Source of the DNA: a bacterium
GTDB lineage: Bacteria > UBA6262 > WVXT01
DNA: 52,022 bases
Direction of reading: 5' to 3'
NCBI GenBank assembly: GCA_046759165.1
Contig: JBHIBS010000010.1
Coordinates: 1 to 52,022, forward strand
Shown here: positions 1 through 10,513 of the stretch, in pieces
How positions within the stretch are numbered: position 1 is the stretch's first letter
Layout of the letters: the number at the start of each line of letters is the position of its first letter
The notes under the pieces: model-generated
Database searches by the model: none
What the model was told of the DNA's origin: nothing
Seen by the model: only the letters and a program-made list of their open reading frames with translations
Program-made: the position numbers and the translations under genes

Positions 1-117
1 CCTTTCGCTTCGCTCAATCCGACCGGGGCGCTCACCGTCTCGCGCCCGCGCCTTTCCCTCGCTTTGCTCGGTCGTTGCTCCTTATTCGTCGCAACCGGCG
101 CCCTTTTTGACTGAATT

Positions 118-1287
118 CTATTTCTTTTTCCCATAGGTGGGTGACATACTACGCAACCTTTCCACTATCTCGGGTAAGACTTTAAGAACATAATTAATGT
201 CTTCTTCAGTATTCTCCTTTCCTAACGTGAAGCGAAGCGAACTATGGGCCACTTCAGGAGAGATACCGATAGCTGTTAGAACGTGTGAGGGTTCCAAGAT
301 GCTGGAAGTACAGGCTGAACCACTCGAAGCACAGACCCCCGCTAAATCTAACTGCAGAAGCATGGATTCTCCTTCTATGCCTTCCACGCTCACATTTACA
401 TTTCCAGGAAGTCTCTTTTTTGGATGACCGTTAAGCCTGCTATTTTCGATTCTTTTCAATATACCTTCTATCAATTTATCTCTTAGATAGGCCAAACGTT
501 TTTCTTCATTTGCCATATCTTTTTGGGCAAGTGAACAGGCCTCCCCGAATCCTACAATTCCAGCAACGTTTTCTGTGCTTGCCCGGCGCTTACTCTCCTG
601 TTCACCACCATAGAGAAAAGGAACTATCTTTGTCCCTCTCTTGATATAGAGAGCCCCTACTCCCTTGGGTCCGTAGAGTTTGTGTGCAGACATAGCCAAC
701 AGGTCAACTTTAAATTTATCGACATCTATGGGAAGATGCCCCACAGTCTGAACCGCATCTGTGTGAAAATAGACCCCTTTCTCCTTGGCAATCTCTGCAA
801 TCTCCTCTATCGGTTCCACTGTCCCGATTTCATTATTAGCATGCATTACTGATACCAATATAGTTCTATCAGTAATTGCTCTCTTTACTTCCAGAGGATC
901 TACCAGTCCATTCCTATCTACCGCCAGATAAGTGACTTTAAATCCCCTTTTTTCCAGAAACTTGCAGACATTAATTACAGCATGGTGCTCAATAGAAGTA
1001 GTAATAATATGGTTTCCTTTCCCTTGATTGGCCCAAGCTACTCCGCATAATGCAAAATTATCGGCCTCTGTTCCACCGCTGGTAAAAACGATCTCTTCGG
1101 GCTCTTTAGCCCCTATCACTCGAGCCACTTTTGCTCTTGTCTCTTCCAGAGCTCCTTTAGCTTCTCTTCCATAAGAATAGAGGGTTGAAGGATTACCGAA
1201 ATCCTTACTGAAGTAAGGAGCCATAGCTTCGGTTACTTCTGGATGGACAGGCGTAGTGGCTGCATGGTCAAGATATATCCTTTTCAT
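118..1287 (-). CDS. iscS: Cysteine desulfurase (IscS/NifS type I)
   Basis: YLDHAATTP start, FTSGGTEADN, HTDAVQ, PLP lysine in SAHKLYGPKG, catalytic loop SSGSACTS. Confidence 0.96.
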   Translation of the reverse strand: MKRIYLDHAATTPVHPEVTEAMAPYFSKDFGNPSTLYSYGREAKGALEETRAKVARVIGAKEPEEIVFTSGGTEADNFALCGVAWANQGKGNHIITTSIEHHAVINVCKFLEKRGFKVTYLAVDRNGLVDPLEVKRAITDRTILVSVMHANNEIGTVEPIEEIAEIAKEKGVYFHTDAVQTVGHLPIDVDKFKVDLLAMSAHKLYGPKGVGALYIKRGTKIVPFLYGGEQESKRRASTENVAGIVGFGEACSLAQKDMANEEKRLAYLRDKLIEGILKRIENSRLNGHPKKRLPGNVNVSVEGIEGESMLLQLDLAGVCASSGSACTSSILEPSHVLTAIGISPEVAHSSLRFTLGKENTEEDINYVLKVLPEIVERLRSMSPTYGKKK

Positions 1288-1300
1288 CTTATTCTCCTTT

Positions 1301-2566
1301 TCATCTTACCTCGTATCCCTTTGCTAAAATAGCCTCCTTGATTTTTCCCAAATCTACCTTATTATCATCATAGTCAACCTCAACTCTCTTTTCTTTCAGG
1401 CTAACCCACACATCATTAACTCCCTGTAAAGAGCCCAGAGCACTGGTGATTATCGTTACACAATGCTGACATACCATTCCTTCAACTCTTATTACCCCTT
1501 TTCTAGGGATCACCTTTAACCGTCTCTTCAATTTGAGCCTAGGCAAAAAATTTAATAAGATCAAGCTGAAAAGTACCACTGCTCCTGAAATTCTTATCCA
1601 GGGAGAAAGCATGCTCGACTTTCCAACTAATATTTCTTGATGCACTCTACTAAAATATGACCAGAGAAGATTCAGTAACCATCCCATAAACAGTGCCGAC
1701 AAAGCAATCGATAACAGATAGATTGCCACTATCCTTTTCCCAAGATTTTTTGCCATAACAGTTATTGTAACTGCGTTGGTAGCCGGGCCTGCCATCAGAA
1801 AGACCAAGCTGGCTCCCGGAGATAGACCCTTAATCATAAGGCTTGCCGCAATGGGGATTGAACCTGTGGCACATACGTAGAGAGGGATACCCACAATTAG
1901 CATTGCCAACATTGAGAGGAAGTCGGATTTTAAATATCTCTCTATCAAACTGGCTGGAATGGTGTAAGAAATAACGCCCGCTATGAAGGTTCCCCAAAGC
2001 AGCCACTTGGCTATCGATTTCAAAAGATCAAAATATCCATAAGTAAATGTTGTGTGCAATTTTTCCCGAAGGCTATGTTTATGCTCACCTTCCTCATGCC
2101 ATAACTTACTGTTAATTATTTTCGGATTAGTCTCTTTTACCCCTTGACGTTGAAAAAAATTGACCAGGGTGCCACCCAACAGGCCGCTAATGAAGGTGGC
2201 AACGGGCCGGAAGACCGCAAATAAAGGCCCCATGAGCCCGTAGGTTGCCAGAATGGAATCAGCACCTGTCGCTGGAGTAGAAACGAGGAAAGAGACAGTG
2301 GCTCCATCAGAAGCGCCCTTTCTTTTCAGGGAGAGAGCTGCTGGAATAACTCCACAAGAGCAGAGCGGCAAAGGAATACCAAAAATTGCTGCATTGACCA
2401 CCGATTTAATGTTTCGCCTACCCAAGTGTTTGATTACTTTCTCTTCTGAGAAAAAAGCATAGAGGAACCCTGCCAAGAGAAGTCCCACCAGAAGATAGAT
2501 TGCCATATCTTGAAATATTTTAACCGCTTCTAGAAATATTCCTAGAAAAAACTCAAGTATATTCAA
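1301..2566 (-). CDS. DUF318/ArsP-family permease (SO_0444-like metal efflux) with C-terminal HMA domain
   Basis: PLPLCSCGVIP and PLYVCATGS repeats, many TM helices, His-rich loop HEEGEHKH, C-terminal GMVCQHC metal-binding motif. Confidence 0.85.
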   Translation of the reverse strand: MNILEFFLGIFLEAVKIFQDMAIYLLVGLLLAGFLYAFFSEEKVIKHLGRRNIKSVVNAAIFGIPLPLCSCGVIPAALSLKRKGASDGATVSFLVSTPATGADSILATYGLMGPLFAVFRPVATFISGLLGGTLVNFFQRQGVKETNPKIINSKLWHEEGEHKHSLREKLHTTFTYGYFDLLKSIAKWLLWGTFIAGVISYTIPASLIERYLKSDFLSMLAMLIVGIPLYVCATGSIPIAASLMIKGLSPGASLVFLMAGPATNAVTITVMAKNLGKRIVAIYLLSIALSALFMGWLLNLLWSYFSRVHQEILVGKSSMLSPWIRISGAVVLFSLILLNFLPRLKLKRRLKVIPRKGVIRVEGMVCQHCVTIITSALGSLQGVNDVWVSLKEKRVEVDYDDNKVDLGKIKEAILAKGYEVR

Positions 2567-2571
2567 TTCCG

Positions 2572-2976
2572 TTATCTTTTCATTACGCGAATAATTTTTC
2601 CCTGTCCACTCTGTTGAGCTTTTAACCTCTTATCGTATTGGTAGAGGAAGAAGAGAGCACCCAAAAATCCTACTCCTGCAAAAAGAATGCCTGTCCTCTC
2701 CGTTCCAAATACTGTTCGACCAAAAAAATACCCGGCGACTAAGCCAACCAATGGAAAAAGATAGATCAGAAATGCTGCTTTTAATACCTCTTTACTCTCC
2801 ACTGAAAGGAGCACTTCGTCCCCGGGATGGGCTCCTAGAGAATCTTTTACATACAAAATCGGCTTATCCCCGGAACTTTGCAAACATATCCCACATCGGG
2901 CACAAGCAGAAGTCCGTTCCATCTCTACCTGGGCCACCCCATTCTCAACTTTCACTACTTTACCTTTTTCTTCCAT
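2572..2976 (-). CDS. rseC: RseC/MucC-family membrane protein
   Basis: MEEKGKVV...TSACARCGIC Cys motif, YLFPL followed by two TM helices. Confidence 0.8.
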   Translation of the reverse strand: MEEKGKVVKVENGVAQVEMERTSACARCGICLQSSGDKPILYVKDSLGAHPGDEVLLSVESKEVLKAAFLIYLFPLVGLVAGYFFGRTVFGTERTGILFAGVGFLGALFFLYQYDKRLKAQQSGQGKIIRVMKR

Positions 2977-3037
2977 TTCAAAATGGTGGGTTTCTCTCTA
3001 AAATCTCCTCTTTTGGAATGTAAGGGCTATAGCATTG

Positions 3038-3212
3038 AAAGATAGTTTGTGAAAAGCTATTGCAATTTTAGTCAAAAAACGAGGACAGCTCCTTCTCTTC
3101 CAAGCAAATCATTGTTTGATCCCGATTTATCGGGAGAGTTTTGATTTGCGCCCTGCAGAGTCCGAAGTTTTTTGGCGTTAAGAAGTTCCTTAGCGATGAA
3201 CAAACTATCTTT
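3038..3212. repeat. Intergenic element bounded by a 13-bp perfect inverted repeat, with internal palindrome (MITE-like)
   Basis: aaagatagtttgt (3038-3050) vs acaaactatcttt (3200-3212); internal cccgatttatcggg at 3121-3134. Confidence 0.4.
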
Positions 3213-3251
3213 TAAAAGCCTATGCGACCTTCCATCTCGAACTCTAGCTTT

Positions 3252-4175
3252 TCACCTAAAAAGGTCCGTGCTTAGATATCTGTCACCACTATCAGCCAGG
3301 ACAGTAACCACCGTCTTACCTTTACCCAGCTTCTTGGCAACCTGCAACGACGCCCAGACATTGGCTCCAGAGGAGATTCCCACCAGTAACCCCTCCTCCC
3401 TGGCCAATCTCTTTGCCATTCTCTTTGCATCTTCTCCGCTAACTTTAATTACACCATCCAATAGCTCTACATCCAGAACTTCTGGTACAAATCCTGCCCC
3501 AATCCCTTGAATTTTATGTGGACCGGGCTTGCCTCCTGATAATACTGAGCAGTCCTCTGGTTCCACTGCAATAATTTTTATTCCGGGGTTCTTCCTTTTC
3601 AACAATCTCCCCACGCCAGTTAAAGTCCCCCCTGTTCCCACTCCTGCTACAAAAGCATCTATTCTTCCCCCGATCTGCCTCCAGATTTCCTCGCCTGTGG
3701 TCCTGTAATGGATATGGGGATTGGCAGGATTATTGAACTGCTGAGGCATAAAATAGTCTCGATTTTCCCTAACCAACTCTTCAGCCTTCTTTACTGCTCC
3801 TAACATCCCTTGACTTCCAGGGGTGAGAAGAATCTTTGCTCCATATGCCTGAAATAGTTGTCTTCGTTCGATGCTCATATTGTCCGGCATTACCAGAATA
3901 AGCCTGTATCCTTTCACTGCAGCGACCAATGCCAAACCAATCCCCGTATTTCCGCTTGTAGGTTCAACAATGGTTGCTCCTCTTTTCAAATAGCCATTCC
4001 TTTCAGCAGCTTCCACCATAGAAAGTCCGATTCTATCCTTAACGCTGCCTCCAGGATTTGCTAATTCAAGTTTCCCCAAGATATGAGCTCCACGGACAGC
4101 TCCAACGCGATCTAGCTTAACCATGGGTGTGGAACCAATCAATTCTATAACATTATCTACAACCTTAAGACTCAT
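3252..4175 (-). CDS. cysK: Cysteine synthase A (O-acetylserine sulfhydrylase)
   Basis: NPGGSVKDR (PLP Lys), [24 protein letters not shown]; overlaps cysE stop. Confidence 0.95.
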   Translation of the reverse strand: MSLKVVDNVIELIGSTPMVKLDRVGAVRGAHILGKLELANPGGSVKDRIGLSMVEAAERNGYLKRGATIVEPTSGNTGIGLALVAAVKGYRLILVMPDNMSIERRQLFQAYGAKILLTPGSQGMLGAVKKAEELVRENRDYFMPQQFNNPANPHIHYRTTGEEIWRQIGGRIDAFVAGVGTGGTLTGVGRLLKRKNPGIKIIAVEPEDCSVLSGGKPGPHKIQGIGAGFVPEVLDVELLDGVIKVSGEDAKRMAKRLAREEGLLVGISSGANVWASLQVAKKLGKGKTVVTVLADSGDRYLSTDLFR

Positions 4176-4902
4176 TCTTCCTTCTCTCTCTTTCCTCAGT
4201 AAATTCTTTTTTTATCTCTTTCTTTTTTCTTTCGACATATCTATCTATTTCCCCCGTGATGCCTTCCAAATTCTCTAATTTACTCAGCCTCTTCTCCAAT
4301 AAGTCCTGTCCTCTCAAAACAAGGCGAATTGCATCAGCAACCGGGTCTGGAAGTTTAGAGTGTTCCAGTGCCTGAATCTCTTTCCCACTGAAACCCAGCC
4401 CAATCCTTCCAGGTATTCCCACCACAGTTGCCTTTGGGGGAACATCGCTTAGAACCACTGACCCGGCTCCGATACGAGCATTGTCTCCAACTTTGATTGC
4501 TCCCAACAGTGTAGCTCCTGCACCTACAACTACATTATTTCCCAGAGTGGGGTGGCGTTTCTTTTTCTCCAGGCTCGTTCCTCCCAGCACCACACCCTGA
4601 TAAAGGAGACAATCGTTTCCAATCTCTGCAGTCTCGCCGATTACTACACCCATCCCGTGGTCAATGAAAAACTTCCTTCCAATAGTCGCTCCTGGATGAA
4701 TCTCGATTCCCGTGATCCATCGACTAATGTGAGAAATTAAACGGGCAATCACATATTCCTTCCTCTTATAGAAAAAATGGCCAATCCGATGAAACCACAA
4801 AGCATGGAGTCCAGGATAGCACAATATTACCTCAATAACGTTCTTTGCAGCCGGATCCTTCTCAAAGACTGTTCGAACATCCTCTATAATAGTTTTAAAC
4901 AT
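4165..4902 (-). CDS. cysE: Serine O-acetyltransferase
   Basis: DPAA...[33 protein letters not shown] hexapeptide repeats. Confidence 0.95.
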   Translation of the reverse strand: MFKTIIEDVRTVFEKDPAAKNVIEVILCYPGLHALWFHRIGHFFYKRKEYVIARLISHISRWITGIEIHPGATIGRKFFIDHGMGVVIGETAEIGNDCLLYQGVVLGGTSLEKKKRHPTLGNNVVVGAGATLLGAIKVGDNARIGAGSVVLSDVPPKATVVGIPGRIGLGFSGKEIQALEHSKLPDPVADAIRLVLRGQDLLEKRLSKLENLEGITGEIDRYVERKKKEIKKEFTEERERRKNES

Positions 4903-4925
4903 GTAACTTTTACTCCAATCTCCAA

Positions 4926-5318
4926 TTATTTATCGCTCTTTTTCTGTTTCTTAAGATAATCCTCTATAGCCAATTTCAAAGCATCCTCAGCCAGCATAGA
5001 ACAATGCATCTTTACGGGAGGTAAACCATCCAGCGCTTCAGCCACAGTTCTATTCGAAATCTTGAGCGCCTTTTCAATAGTTTCCCCCTTAACCAATTCA
5101 GTAACCATGGAGCTTGTGGCAATAGCTGCTCCACACCCGAAGGTCTTAAACTTGGCATCAACGATTATATTCTCCTTAACCTTAATATAAAGTTCCATGA
5201 TATCTCCACATATTGGATTGCCCACATGGCCGACTCCGTCAGGATTTTCGATCTCCCCCACATTTCTGGGATGCATAAAATGTTCCATTACTTTCTGGCT
5301 ATATGATTGAGTTGCCAT
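4926..5318 (-). CDS. iscU: Fe-S cluster scaffold IscU/NifU
   Basis: [38 protein letters not shown]. Confidence 0.95.
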   Translation of the reverse strand: MATQSYSQKVMEHFMHPRNVGEIENPDGVGHVGNPICGDIMELYIKVKENIIVDAKFKTFGCGAAIATSSMVTELVKGETIEKALKISNRTVAEALDGLPPVKMHCSMLAEDALKLAIEDYLKKQKKSDK

Positions 5319-5354
5319 TTTTTGCTCCTTTCACATAAAGTGTAATTTCAAATT

Positions 5355-5816
5355 TCAAATTTGGAAGGAAAGGGGATGGACCAATCTGTGCTTTGAAAGT
5401 TTCATGCCCTCTCTGCATAAGTCTTCCAAGGTGGTAGAGTCCAGCACTTCATTTATCTTGTTGGTTAATTTCTTCCATAATATATATGGAACACAGGTAG
5501 ATATGCGCTTACATAAATCTTTCGAATTTTGCGGCTGAACACAATGTGCTGCACCTATAGGCCCCTCCAGAGCCCTAACAATATCACCAATTTTAACCCC
5601 TCTTGGCTGGGAAGTTAGTAGATAGCCTCCCTTTGGACCACGCACGCTCCTAATTAGTTTGGCATGCCGAAGACGGACAAATAGTTGTTCAATGTAATTC
5701 TTTGAAATACCTTCTCGCTTAGATATGTCCCGGATAGAAACCGGCCCTTGCCCATAGTGGATGGCAAGGTCGAGCATACACCTTACTCCATACTCTCCCC
5801 TAGAAGATAACAACAT
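5355..5816 (-). CDS. Rrf2-family regulator, IscR-like
   Basis: Winged HTH with SVRGPKGGY; three Cys in C-terminal half (HCVQ, LCKR, TCVP); IscR-like box upstream. Confidence 0.88.
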   Translation of the reverse strand: MLLSSRGEYGVRCMLDLAIHYGQGPVSIRDISKREGISKNYIEQLFVRLRHAKLIRSVRGPKGGYLLTSQPRGVKIGDIVRALEGPIGAAHCVQPQNSKDLCKRISTCVPYILWKKLTNKINEVLDSTTLEDLCREGMKLSKHRLVHPLSFQI

Positions 5817-5894
5817 AACTCTTTCTCCCTTCCATCTCTTTTTTGAAGATAAGCACTCTTATCAGATTTTTCCACTATTTTTAAATGCTAAAAT

Positions 5895-5927
5895 AATTTA
5901 ACATATCTGACTAATTTTGTCAAGTAT
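5895..5927 (-). promoter_or_regulatory. Sigma70 promoter overlapped by an IscR type-1-like operator
   Basis: Minus strand TTGACA (5918-5923)-N17-TAAATT (5895-5900); 25-bp palindrome ATACTTGACAAAATTAGTCAGATAT at 5903-5927. Confidence 0.75.
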
Positions 5928-5959
5928 AAAATTAAAAAATTTAGCTGATAGATAAATTC

Positions 5960-6982
5960 TTAGCTTATCAATTGCTTTCGAATCTTCTCTTCTTCAGGGA
6001 TACCATATGTCTTGAGGACAATTTCAGAAGGACCCTTTATGCCCAGACCCAATTCAACTGCTCTTTTGATTTGAGGCTGGTCCCAGACACTCCTTCTCTG
6101 AATTTCCTCAATGGTACCCAGTGTCTTAAGTAATGCAAGTCCAGTAACATCATTAGCCACTAAATCAGAAGAGGCAATCACCAAACCGGGCTCTGCCAAA
6201 TCTCCATGAGAAGGTCCGCCTGAAAGGAAGACCTTTGTGGCATCCATCACCAGAAAAGTAGGTTTCTTTCCCAAATGGATCTCGCTTATCATGCTACCAA
6301 AATGCTCCTTCTCTCTTTCCTTAAGATGAAGAAACTTTCTGTCAGAAGGGGGTATCAAGCCTACCCAATTCTTTATACCCATAGTGAAGTCAGCAATAAT
6401 ATGAGTTTTTGCTACGGGCAGGCTAATGATATGGTCTACTTGTCTCACCAAATCGGGCAGGTAAAACCCCTGGGGCCAATGGTAAGAATTTTCCGGATTA
6501 ACTTTCACATAATCTCCTTTACTGAAAACAACTACCTCTGCGCCTCCTTGAACAGCAGCTTCATATATACCCACTTTCTTCATCGCCTTTAAAGTATCCC
6601 ACCAGGGATTTGAACGGTCGGCAACGATTATTATTTGGGGATCCTTCTCTCTGACCATGTTCACAACCTCAAAGACTAACTCTGGATTGGTTGTTCCAGG
6701 ATAGGGGTCGTCGGAATTAACGTTTGGCTTAACCAGGACAGACTGTCCGGATTTGATAAAGTCTAAACTCCCAGCTAACTTTATAGCTCGACGAACTGAA
6801 TCGGCTACCGAATCACCTCTGGCCATACCCACTGGGACAACCGGGTCTATTTCCCTCTCCATCTTCTCTTTTGACTTCTGTCTTAAAGCAAAAAAGTCTC
6901 CAAGGAAAACAGTGGTTCCCAAGAGAGATACCATTTTCAAGAAGTCTCTTCTGGAAAAATTTTTTTCAAAAATGTCACTCAT
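5960..6982 (-). CDS. DUF362-domain protein with twin-arginine signal
   Basis: FSRRDFLK plus hydrophobic stretch; VLVKPNVN, TTNP, LPVAKTH, GIKNWVG. Confidence 0.8.
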   Translation of the reverse strand: MSDIFEKNFSRRDFLKMVSLLGTTVFLGDFFALRQKSKEKMEREIDPVVPVGMARGDSVADSVRRAIKLAGSLDFIKSGQSVLVKPNVNSDDPYPGTTNPELVFEVVNMVREKDPQIIIVADRSNPWWDTLKAMKKVGIYEAAVQGGAEVVVFSKGDYVKVNPENSYHWPQGFYLPDLVRQVDHIISLPVAKTHIIADFTMGIKNWVGLIPPSDRKFLHLKEREKEHFGSMISEIHLGKKPTFLVMDATKVFLSGGPSHGDLAEPGLVIASSDLVANDVTGLALLKTLGTIEEIQRRSVWDQPQIKRAVELGLGIKGPSEIVLKTYGIPEEEKIRKQLIS

Positions 6983-9270
6983 AGGACTACCCTCAATCTG
7001 CTCCCAGCCCCTCTTAAAAGAAGGACCAGGCTTGCCAGATTCAATAGCGCCACCAAAAAACAGACCACTGGAATACCCAAAATGGGCAGAAGGAAAACGC
7101 TCACTAAAAGAGCTCCCAAGCAGGAACCTAAAAGGTCAACACCATAAGTAAGTCCTGCTGCCCTGACTAAACCTTCCCTAGACTGGAGATATAATTTATT
7201 GGCTAGCGGAAACTGGAAACCGCCAATGAAACCAGCAATTATCGGAAGGAAAGGCAAAATAATATTTGAACCCAGATAAGTACTAAATTTTCCAGATGAG
7301 CCCGAAAAACCTAAAAATATGAGCGGGAGAATCAGCGGATAAATGCATATACAAATCTGAGCCTGTATGAAATTGAGAAAATTGCCCCGACCTTTTTCAA
7401 TAATTTTGGTAGCCCACCAGCCACCAAAAATTAGCCCAATCATAAAAGAAGTAAGAATTATACTCAACTTATAATAAACATACCCGTAGATAATCTGGAA
7501 AGAGAGCAAAGTTAAAACCTGGAAGGTTATCTCAGCAAAGCCTGTGGTTGCCACAGCGGTGAGCACAGCTACAGGTCGAACTTCATCACTTGCCTTTCTC
7601 AACCAGATGGGCAAAAGAATGAGACAATAAATAATGAGGGCAGTAAGATAGATTCCTTTGGGAGAAATCTTCTTAAGAATTTTGCCTAAGGTGAACCTGA
7701 ATTGGGTGGACCAGAGCACCATATCATAATAGTAAGATATCGGACGAAAGTCATAATTGAGCATAATCTTTGGTAAAGGCTGAAGTTTGCCTTCCAAATA
7801 GGCAATCCTTTCCTCCGATAACTCGCTCGCCAAATAGTATTCTCGGACATATTTTGCCTTCACTTTCCTCTCATTTAATCTTTCCATAAGCCTTCGATAA
7901 TCGAGAGTAAGAATCCCCTTACTATTGCAAGCCAAAAAATAGTTCGTATACCCCGGAATAACTTTCGCTTCAGCAAAAACTTTCTTTAAGGATTCATTAA
8001 GCGAGACCAGAAGATTCCGTTGCTCTTCACTGATGTAATTGGGTGAGGACGTAATTCCAAAAAAGAGTATTCCTTTCTCTCTTAGAATTTTTCTTGCGGT
8101 TCTAAAAAATTCAACAGTATAGAATCTATTTATCTGGGCAGTAAATGGTTCAGGAAGATTGACGATAATGAGGTCATACTTATTGGAAGTTCGCCTCACA
8201 AATAGCCTGCCGTCTATATTTCTCACTTCCACCCTTTTATCATTCAAGGCATACTCTTTTGAGGAAGAAAGGTATTCTTTTGCCAGTGTAATCACCAAAG
8301 GGTCCAGTTCGACATAATCAACCTTGTCTACAGGATGCTTGAGAATCTCCTTTAAAACTCCGCTTACTCCTCCCCCGATAAGTAGAACCTTTCTTGGTTG
8401 TGGGTGCTCCAGAAGGGTAAAATGTGCAATGCTCTCGCTGGTAAGCTTATCGGGAACAGTAAAGTTGTAAAGTCCATTGTTGAAGAAACTGTAGGTGGTA
8501 TCCTTCCTGGTAACAGTAATATTTCCGTATATAGAATTTCGAGAGGTCAATAAATCGTAAGCTCTCCATCTCAAGTTCAGAGAAACCTCACGCAAATCCC
8601 CGACTTTACCAAAAGAAAAAAAGCTCAGCGACAGAAGAATCAATATAGAAGTTGGAACAAGGATAAGAGGCTTTTTCCTCTCCACGAACCACGCTAAGGA
8701 AAAGGCAACTACTAGATTAACAAGACCTATTCCCAGCATAATATAAAGTGGCGACAGTATTCGGATTAAAAGAAGGCCGGATAAAAGTCCACCAGATGTA
8801 GCACCTATTGCCTCAAGCACGTAGACATAGCCGATCTGTTCTGCCCTTTCTCCTCTTTTGGGAGCGTAGATGCGACATCCCAGAACGAAGAGAAACCCTA
8901 AAAGCAGGCAAGTGGGAGCCAGAATAGCCAGACTCGAATAAGTCATGGGAAGAAGCCCGATGATTTCGCCAGGTGATGTATTGAGGAAGATAGGTATGGC
9001 TCTGGCAGCAAAAATAGTTAAAGGAAGGAATAATGCTAAAAGGAGCTCTGCAAGAGCAAAAAAAGCAAGTTTATACTTGATTCTCTCAACAAAGAACCTG
9101 CCGATTCCCCAACTTCCCATAGCTACCCAGAAGAGCCAGCCCGCAAGAGTAATACCTAGAGAGAGTTCGTTGCCATAAAAGACAACCATTAACTCCCTCA
9201 TTAGCACAATCTGGGCAGCCATGGAGGTAAAGCCTATGAGAATCAAGCCCAAAATGAGGTATTTTTTCAC
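6979..9270 (-). CDS. Membrane protein with central spermidine-synthase-like SAM-binding domain
   Basis: Two multi-TM bundles flanking VLLIGGGVSG, VELDP, DGRLF, YDLIIVNLPEP. Confidence 0.8.
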   Translation of the reverse strand: MKKYLILGLILIGFTSMAAQIVLMRELMVVFYGNELSLGITLAGWLFWVAMGSWGIGRFFVERIKYKLAFFALAELLLALFLPLTIFAARAIPIFLNTSPGEIIGLLPMTYSSLAILAPTCLLLGFLFVLGCRIYAPKRGERAEQIGYVYVLEAIGATSGGLLSGLLLIRILSPLYIMLGIGLVNLVVAFSLAWFVERKKPLILVPTSILILLSLSFFSFGKVGDLREVSLNLRWRAYDLLTSRNSIYGNITVTRKDTTYSFFNNGLYNFTVPDKLTSESIAHFTLLEHPQPRKVLLIGGGVSGVLKEILKHPVDKVDYVELDPLVITLAKEYLSSSKEYALNDKRVEVRNIDGRLFVRRTSNKYDLIIVNLPEPFTAQINRFYTVEFFRTARKILREKGILFFGITSSPNYISEEQRNLLVSLNESLKKVFAEAKVIPGYTNYFLACNSKGILTLDYRRLMERLNERKVKAKYVREYYLASELSEERIAYLEGKLQPLPKIMLNYDFRPISYYYDMVLWSTQFRFTLGKILKKISPKGIYLTALIIYCLILLPIWLRKASDEVRPVAVLTAVATTGFAEITFQVLTLLSFQIIYGYVYYKLSIILTSFMIGLIFGGWWATKIIEKGRGNFLNFIQAQICICIYPLILPLIFLGFSGSSGKFSTYLGSNIILPFLPIIAGFIGGFQFPLANKLYLQSREGLVRAAGLTYGVDLLGSCLGALLVSVFLLPILGIPVVCFLVALLNLASLVLLLRGAGSRLRVVL

Positions 9271-9276
9271 TTCTCA

Positions 9277-10500
9277 CTATCCCAAGTATTCCGATACCTT
9301 TGGTGAGGGAAGGTCTGTCTTTTTCTTGACCTTTTCTTCAGACCAAACGCCTGGAATCGGCTCCCCGCAAAATCTACACTTCCCCTTTTCTATATTATTT
9401 TCTAAGACCTTAAAACCAATCCTCCGGACTAAAAGTTTCCCATCCTTTGGACAATAAGTGTTCTCACCAGGATGGCCGGGCACGTTACCAATGTAAACAT
9501 ACTGCAGACCTACTTTCTGGGCAACCTCTCTGGCTTTCTCCAATGTACTTACAGGAGTTGGCGAGAGATTCTTCAATTTATAGAGTGGATAGAACCTGGA
9601 AAAATGGAGAGGCACATCCATTCCCAAATTATCCCTTAACCACTCGCACATCGCTTTAATCATTTTCGGATCATCATTAAAAGGTGGAACGACGAGGTTA
9701 GTAATTTCTAAATGGACTCTGTTTTTTCTTAATGTTTTTATTGTGTTAAGAACTGTTTTCAAGAATCCTTGAGAAATCTCTGAGTAAAATTTTTGACTGA
9801 ATCCTTTAAGGTCGATATTAGCACCATCGAGGTATTGAGATAGTTGTTCTGCTGGCTCGGGATTGAGAGAACCGTTAGAATGGTAAATATTCTTTATACC
9901 TCTTTTTTTAGCAATCTTGGCTGTTTCCAACATGTATTCATAGAATATTGAGGGTTCTGTATAGGTATAAGCAATGGTGGGACAACCGTATTTCATTGCC
10001 AAGTTCACCACTTCTTCTGGAGGCAAATAGATATTCACCGTATCCTCTGGACGGAACTGAGCAATCTGCCAATTTTGACAATACTTACACCTGAAATTAC
10101 AACCTGCGGTAGCGATGGAAAAAGCTGTGGTAGCCGGGAGAAAATGGAAGAGGGGCTTCTTTTCAATGGGATCGATATGCACAGCAGTAGGATTGCCATA
10201 AACTAACGAATAGTGTTTACCATTATGTGGCTCCCTTGCACGACAGAACCCTCTCATACCTTCTGAAAGGGTACACCTCCTGGGACAGAGCTGACACTGA
10301 ATTGTCTCTTCTCCCAGATTTTTGTAAAACATCGCCTCCCTCTTGGAGATAAAACCTTTCTCGCCACTTTTTGGGCTCAAGGCAGCGGCTTTCAAAACAT
10401 CAACGAGTAAAGGAACTGAAGCCAGAGCAACACCACTAAAAGCACATACTTTAAAAAATTCTCTTCTGGATAATTCCCTTTTATAAAAATCCCTTTTCAT
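9277..10500 (-). CDS. amrS: AmmeMemoRadiSam-type radical SAM enzyme with twin-arginine signal
   Basis: GCNFRCKYCQNW, N-terminal CQLCPRRC, DPIEKKPLFHF, YTYTEP, LHFSRFYP, YIGNV; LSRREFFK signal; ATG 10500 preferred over TTG 10506. Confidence 0.88.
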   Translation of the reverse strand: MKRDFYKRELSRREFFKVCAFSGVALASVPLLVDVLKAAALSPKSGEKGFISKREAMFYKNLGEETIQCQLCPRRCTLSEGMRGFCRAREPHNGKHYSLVYGNPTAVHIDPIEKKPLFHFLPATTAFSIATAGCNFRCKYCQNWQIAQFRPEDTVNIYLPPEEVVNLAMKYGCPTIAYTYTEPSIFYEYMLETAKIAKKRGIKNIYHSNGSLNPEPAEQLSQYLDGANIDLKGFSQKFYSEISQGFLKTVLNTIKTLRKNRVHLEITNLVVPPFNDDPKMIKAMCEWLRDNLGMDVPLHFSRFYPLYKLKNLSPTPVSTLEKAREVAQKVGLQYVYIGNVPGHPGENTYCPKDGKLLVRRIGFKVLENNIEKGKCRFCGEPIPGVWSEEKVKKKTDLPSPKVSEYLG

Positions 10501-10513
10501 TTTCAAATACCCC

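Noticed and set aside
1-110. GC-rich structured segment at the window edge, considered as tRNA or other ncRNA
   Set aside because: No cloverleaf, T-loop GTTC or CCA could be built; it is cut by the window edge and looks like a cgcttcgctc-type palindromic repeat.
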